Assembly (NCBI GenBank): GCA_002840305.1
Contig: PHAI01000001.1
Span: 112,074 to 176,073, forward strand
DNA from: Candidatus Falkowbacteria bacterium HGW-Falkowbacteria-1
Lineage (GTDB): Bacteria > Patescibacteriota > Patescibacteriia > Patescibacteriales > UBA12465
Direction of reading: 5' to 3'
DNA length: 64,000 bases
Within the stretch, counting starts at the first letter, position 1. Each line of letters opens with the position of its first letter. The notes below the pieces were generated by a model. That model ran no database searches and was not told the DNA's origin. It saw nothing but the letters and a program-made list of their open reading frames with translations. Positions 59,922 to 64,000 of the stretch are shown here, piece after piece. The translations under genes and the position numbers were made by a program.

Positions 59922-60284
59922 TTATTTTTTGTATTTATAATATTTCTTTTTTCCAACAAAATAAAAAATAATTGAAAAAAGACTGTTCGTCACAAAACCG
60001 GCTAAAATTAAATACCAAAATGTTTCCGGATTATGAAAATGGACAGCGGCTCTGGTTATCAAGGCTATAATTGAGAAAAAAATAATTTCCCCGATTATAA
60101 TAGATGATATCAGACTTTTTCTCCGAATTCCGTAATATTTTTTCCATCTATACCTGTTATAGCCGATGGCATAACCGATTACGCTTGGCCCTGCTATTGG
60201 AATGACGTTGGAGATGGTTACAAGAACAGACAGAAGAGACATGGACATTCTGATGAAAGTTTGATTGGAGTTTCCTTTTGCCAT
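59922..60284 (-). CDS. Hypothetical membrane protein
   Basis: Hydrophobic 120 aa with IPIAGP..IGY motif; own promoter. Confidence 0.65.
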   Translation of the reverse strand: MAKGNSNQTFIRMSMSLLSVLVTISNVIPIAGPSVIGYAIGYNRYRWKKYYGIRRKSLISSIIIGEIIFFSIIALITRAAVHFHNPETFWYLILAGFVTNSLFSIIFYFVGKKKYYKYKK

Positions 60285-60293
60285 TTTTTATAA

Positions 60294-60352
60294 ATTTTAA
60301 AGTTCGACATCGTTTGATTTGTTATATTATAATAATTATTTATTTTTGTCAA
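60294..60352 (-). promoter_or_regulatory. Sigma70 promoter plus boxA-like motif
   Basis: TTGACA-17-TAATAT; ATGTCGAACTTTAAAAT. Confidence 0.6.
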
Positions 60353-60489
60353 TAAATTATTATGAATGATTTCTTTATAAACAAAGAAGTAAGAAATGTT
60401 TTTTATAGCCGGCAAAAAGTGTAATGCATTTTGTCTAATGAGGCTGTTGAAATAAAAAAAGGCCTACTCTTTAAGCCTTTTTGGTTCTT

Positions 60490-61074
60490 TTATAAAATTT
60501 CAATAACTGCCTGGTCAAGCACTCTTTTCAAAATCGGGTGTTTAATTTTATCACCATCTTCTTTAATAAATTCTTCGACTTTTATCGGTTGCCCTTCTTT
60601 TTGGTATTTAGCGGCTCTTACAATCATTTGGAGTTTGTCTAACTGGTGGGCAATCTGGGATCTTTCTGTTTTTTTTTCTTCAAACTCTAGCCACAGTTTA
60701 AATATTTTTTTGCCCTCAATTCCAAGCTCCAAACATATTTTTTTCATGGCAGTTAGTTCTGCTTGATATTTTTCGTCTTTTGTCCAACGTGTGCTTTTAG
60801 GGCAACTATTATCAGTTCTTCTGTCGCCGACATTTTTATCAGATTCTGGCCAATCATGAATCTTGAGCATTTTATTGAGCCCTGGGATATTAAATAATTT
60901 TTCTGCTAAAAAAACAAGTTCGTCGGTATGTTCTCCGACTGTTTCCGGATCCTTAACCTTTCTGTCAACCCAGCCGGTACGTGGCGTTTTGTGAAGAACA
61001 TCAATGACTTTTACAACTTTCGTTAAAGATTTTCCTTGAAAATTTAACGGGTATTGATAGTTTTTGTTTGACAT
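60490..61074 (-). CDS. HD-domain hydrolase, YfbR/HDDC2-like 5'-deoxynucleotidase family
   Basis: RTGW, ETVGEH, IHDWPE..VGD, LWLEFE, LDKLQ. Confidence 0.85.
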   Translation of the reverse strand: MSNKNYQYPLNFQGKSLTKVVKVIDVLHKTPRTGWVDRKVKDPETVGEHTDELVFLAEKLFNIPGLNKMLKIHDWPESDKNVGDRRTDNSCPKSTRWTKDEKYQAELTAMKKICLELGIEGKKIFKLWLEFEEKKTERSQIAHQLDKLQMIVRAAKYQKEGQPIKVEEFIKEDGDKIKHPILKRVLDQAVIEIL

Positions 61075-61083
61075 GCTTATCGT

Positions 61084-61139
61084 TTTTTAAGGTTCGACAT
61101 TAATTAGCCTATTATATTTATTTTTTATTAGCTTGTCAA
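61084..61139 (-). promoter_or_regulatory. Consensus sigma70 promoter plus boxA-like motif
   Basis: TTGACA-17-TATAAT; ATGTCGAACCTTAAAAA. Confidence 0.7.
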
Positions 61140-61158
61140 TGAAGTCGCTATTACGTAG

Positions 61159-61207
61159 TTGACAAATTAGCAAAAAATAATTAGTATAGAGAAAAGTACT
61201 TTGAAAA
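61159..61207 (+). promoter_or_regulatory. Sigma70 promoter plus boxA-like motif
   Basis: TTGACA-17-TAGTAT; GTACTTTGAAAA 61196-61207. Confidence 0.65.
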
Positions 61208-61226
61208 CTAAATAAATGTCTATGAT

Positions 61227-62327
61227 ATGATAAAATTAAGGAATCCGTTGAAAGCGCAGTTAAAAATTGCGTATCTTGTCGTTACTTATGCGTGCAATAA
61301 CAAATGTAATTTTTGTTATGCCCAAAGTATGCTTAAAAAGTTTATTGAGGGCGAAGAATTAGTTCATATGCCCTTAGAGTTTGCTTATCAAATAGTGAGC
61401 GAGTTGAAGTCTTTAGGTGTTAATAGATTTCATTTAATCGGTGGCGAGCCTACCGTTTATCCTTATTTGCTTGATCTTGTAAGGTTTATCAAACAAGACC
61501 CAAGAGTCTATGTGGCCATAGTGACTAATGGTAGAAAAATTGGAGACGAAGCTTATTTGAAAGACTTAGTTGATGCTGGGGTTAATGGATTCCAGATCTC
61601 GATTCAAGGAGCTGACGCCGAAAGACATAATGCCGTGACTGGTAGTTATAGTTTTGACATGACTTATAAGGCCTTGTTGAATCTGGCTAAATTAAATTTT
61701 CCGCAATTTTCTGCAGCCATCACGGTTAGTAAGGACAATTGCGACCAGATTGAAGGATTTATTCATACCATGAAAAAAGAAATTTTTAATGGTGGCCATT
61801 CTGGAAAAATTTTTATCAATTTTGCTGCTCCAAGTATCAATTTTAATTCAAGCACTTCCGTTAATGGAGAGTATGCTTTAAATCCCAGAGAAGTTGTTGA
61901 TCTTATTTTGAAGATTGACTCTCTCTTTCCAGCAGAGCTGTATTCTGAAATTATTTTTTCTAGTCGCGTCCCTATTTGTATGTATCCGTCTGGATCCTTA
62001 GAAAGACTGAACAAAAATAATCGAATGAGTGCAGGTTGCTCTTGCGGTTTGCATAATGGCAATATTATAACTATTGATCCCAGAGGAGACGTTCTTCCTT
62101 GCACTAACTTTGCCGGGACAAGACTTTTCAATTGTCGTGGTGAAAATAATGTTTTTGATAAAGATTCTTTTATTAATGGGATTAATAGATATTTCCCTAA
62201 GATAAAAGAACTAGCTCATTCTTATCCATCAATTAAATGTAAAGGATGTAGCAAAATTCATCGCTGTTTTGGAGCTTGTTTGTTCTGGTGGTTTTACTTT
62301 AATCCTGATCATTTTATAAAACCTTAA
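61227..62327 (+). CDS. Radical SAM/SPASM-domain enzyme
   Basis: CNNKCNFCY, GGEP, VTNG; SPASM C..IDPRGDVLPC...CKGC-x5-C-x3-C. Confidence 0.93.
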   Translation: MIKLRNPLKAQLKIAYLVVTYACNNKCNFCYAQSMLKKFIEGEELVHMPLEFAYQIVSELKSLGVNRFHLIGGEPTVYPYLLDLVRFIKQDPRVYVAIVTNGRKIGDEAYLKDLVDAGVNGFQISIQGADAERHNAVTGSYSFDMTYKALLNLAKLNFPQFSAAITVSKDNCDQIEGFIHTMKKEIFNGGHSGKIFINFAAPSINFNSSTSVNGEYALNPREVVDLILKIDSLFPAELYSEIIFSSRVPICMYPSGSLERLNKNNRMSAGCSCGLHNGNIITIDPRGDVLPCTNFAGTRLFNCRGENNVFDKDSFINGINRYFPKIKELAHSYPSIKCKGCSKIHRCFGACLFWWFYFNPDHFIKP

Positions 62328-62329
62328 TT

Positions 62330-62542
62330 ATGGTAAATTCATTAGATTTCCTCGATGAAAAGATTGGTAATCGGCAAAGGATGAGTAAAGCTGATTTAAT
62401 TGGCCTTGTTTTGTTTAAAAAGATAAGAAGGTTCAAAAAAGCTTTTATTTCTTTTTTATCAAAACATAAGTTTTTTTCTTTTTATCTTTTAGCTTTGCTA
62501 ATTTATTTGTTTATTAAGTTTGTTTTTCGTTATATTGTTTAA
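62330..62542 (+). CDS. Small basic membrane protein (C-terminal TM)
   Basis: 70 aa, starts 2 nt after rSAM stop. Confidence 0.6.
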   Translation: MVNSLDFLDEKIGNRQRMSKADLIGLVLFKKIRRFKKAFISFLSKHKFFSFYLLALLIYLFIKFVFRYIV

Positions 62543-62561
62543 CCTTTTAAATTGCTTTATT

Positions 62562-62726
62562 ATGGGTCCTTTAACTGGTGGTTTAATTATTGGTGCCATC
62601 GTCGGAATTGTCAAAATTATCAAAGGCGATGATGATAAAAAAGGAAAAGGAAATGAAGGTGGAAAGGGAAAAGAAAAAGATAGTGATTATGACAGCAGTT
62701 GTAACTGTTCCATTGATCAAAATTAA
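62562..62726 (+). CDS. Candidate RiPP precursor / rSAM substrate peptide
   Basis: MGPLTGGLIIGAIVGIVKIIKGDDDKKGKGNEGGKGKEKDSDYDSSCNCSIDQN; last gene before terminator. Confidence 0.6.
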   Translation: MGPLTGGLIIGAIVGIVKIIKGDDDKKGKGNEGGKGKEKDSDYDSSCNCSIDQN

Positions 62727-62798
62727 TTTTCCAAACTATTCCATTCTTAAAACTTTTTCTAGAAACTTTATTTTTTAAGCGAAGCTTAAAAGCTTAAT

Positions 62799-62832
62799 TC
62801 CCCCTTGTGTAAACGAGGGGTTTTTTATTTTT
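62799..62832 (+). terminator. Intrinsic terminator of the rSAM operon
   Basis: CCCCTTG-TGTAAA-CGAGGGG-TTTTTT. Confidence 0.8.
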
Positions 62833-62902
62833 AATTAAAAATACCGTTGTTAAAGCTATTCGATGTTTTGTTTTTCATTCTTTGCTGTGTTATAATTATT
62901 TT

Positions 62903-63244
62903 ATGAATGATTACGCCACTAAATTTCTAGATAAAATAGTTAAAGTAAAAATAGATAGACCTTTAGGCTCTAAGCATCCTAAACATAGTATCTATTATTC
63001 TGTTAATTATGGTTATGTTCCTGGAGAAATGGCGCCTGATGGAGAAGAATTAGACGCATATGTTCTAGGCATTTTTGAGCCGGTAAAAGAGTTTGTTGGC
63101 AGATGCATTGCGGTTGTTTATAGACTTAATGACGACGATGATAAGTTAATAGTTGTTCCTGATGGAATTAGCTATACAAAAGATCAAATTTCGTCCTTGG
63201 TTGAATTTCAAGAGAGATTTTTTGAGTCAATAATTATAAAATAA
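62903..63244 (+). CDS. Short family I inorganic pyrophosphatase-like protein
   Basis: IDRPLGS.HP, NYGY, DGEELDAY, DDDDKL. Confidence 0.85.
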   Translation: MNDYATKFLDKIVKVKIDRPLGSKHPKHSIYYSVNYGYVPGEMAPDGEELDAYVLGIFEPVKEFVGRCIAVVYRLNDDDDKLIVVPDGISYTKDQISSLVEFQERFFESIIIK

Positions 63245-63249
63245 ACATT

Positions 63250-63825
63250 ATGAAAATTGAATACGAAGCAACTTTTATTAATGTTAATAAAGATGAGATA
63301 CGCAAAAAATTAAAAGAAATAGGAGCCTCTTTAATTAGACCAGAATTTTTTCAAAAAAGACTATCCTTTGATCTTCCTTCTGGTCATGAAAAAAAAGGGG
63401 CATGGCTTAGGGTGCGAGACGAAGGTGATAAAAATACTTTAACTTTAAAAATAATTGACGGTGAGAAAATAGAGGACCAAAAAGAGATACTTTTAAATAT
63501 TGACGGTTTTGATGAGGCTACTGAAATGTTGTCTCTTATGGGTTGCCGTCAAAAGGCCTACCAGGAGAGTAAGCGAGAGCTTTGGCTTCTAGACGAAGTT
63601 GAGGTTACAATTGATGAGTGGCCATATTTAGAACCCTACGTTGAAGTTGAGGGCGAATCCGAGGAAGTCGTTAGAAATGTTAGCCATAAGCTGGGTTTTG
63701 ATTATTCTAAGGCCTTGTTTTGTTCTGTCGATAAGCTGTACGAGATGAAATACGGTGTCCCCAGAGAAATTATTTGCCAAAATACTAAGAGAATAACTTT
63801 CGATGACCCAAATCCATTTTTATAA
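63250..63825 (+). CDS. CYTH-domain protein
   Basis: IEYEATF, WLRVRDEG, TLTLK, KRE.W, YVEVE. Confidence 0.88.
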   Translation: MKIEYEATFINVNKDEIRKKLKEIGASLIRPEFFQKRLSFDLPSGHEKKGAWLRVRDEGDKNTLTLKIIDGEKIEDQKEILLNIDGFDEATEMLSLMGCRQKAYQESKRELWLLDEVEVTIDEWPYLEPYVEVEGESEEVVRNVSHKLGFDYSKALFCSVDKLYEMKYGVPREIICQNTKRITFDDPNPFL

Positions 63826-63852
63826 TTTTATATTCATAAAAAAATATTTTTT

Positions 63853-64000
63853 ATGTTAAAAATAATTGCTATTGGTGGTGGCGAAATTAGAAGACCAAAA
63901 AAAGAGGGTGGTTTTTATAAAAATGAAACTTTAAAAATAGACAAAGAAATAGTTTCTTTCTCTGGTAAGAAAAGCCCAAAACTTCTTTTTATTCCGACGG
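63853..64000 (+). CDS. Peptidase E (S51)-like protein, N-terminal part (runs off window)
   Basis: MLKIIAIGGGEI...ETLKIDKEIV...PKLLFIPT. Confidence 0.75.
   Translation, partial: MLKIIAIGGGEIRRPKKEGGFYKNETLKIDKEIVSFSGKKSPKLLFIPT

Noticed and set aside
125-62778. Many short antisense or overlapping ORFs in the track (e.g. 390-713, 15082-15531, 26174-26671, 56936-57499, 61763-62131, 62590-62778)
   Set aside because: Shadows of well-supported genes with no independent motifs
47875-62832. tRNA-anchored genomic island after Thr(GGU) or Trp
   Set aside because: No duplicated tRNA 3' end and no integrase seen; accessory units are interleaved with core genes
1-64000. CRISPR array, rRNA, integrase, transposase, reverse transcriptase or prophage genes
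   Set aside because: No regularly spaced repeat-spacer array and no recognisable motifs for these in any ORF
1-64000. Alternative genetic code (UGA recoded as in Gracilibacteria)
   Set aside because: Conserved genes are full length under code 11; TGA ends HU, the kinase and the PspC protein at plausible termini; tRNA-Trp has a CCA anticodon

Overview
AT-rich bacterial chromosomal segment, by inference from Patescibacteria/CPR (Parcubacteria, Falkowbacteria-like). The evidence is mostly SD-less genes, type IV and VirB2-like pilins with large appended domains, archaeal-type PyrH, a short Rel and tRNA-Arg(UCG). It uses genetic code 11. Housekeeping genes include murA, rplU, recR, dnaB, ruvB/C, queA, lepB, recA, ftsK, rny, pgk, eno, gyrB, tpiA, mutM and rpmG, plus 8 tRNAs and a glgA-GH57-kinase-PHP locus. 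These are interspersed with small standalone accessory units. Main observations: (1) a self-contained radical SAM/SPASM operon ending in a small membrane protein and a 54-aa membrane-anchored, CxC-tailed candidate RiPP precursor; (2) a Nus boxA-like motif in the leader of nine accessory units; (3) all seven non-CCA tRNA genes end in discriminator+CA; (4) a ~180-bp covarying, strand-specific hairpin repeat in two copies, plus REP-like and 9-mer repeats; (5) three intact ORFs that look like pseudoenzymes (HisRS-, HtrA- and iPGM-like); (6) a perfect SD on rpsU among largely SD-less core genes. No CRISPR, rRNA, integrase or transposase was seen. All calls come from reading motifs by eye; no searches were run.
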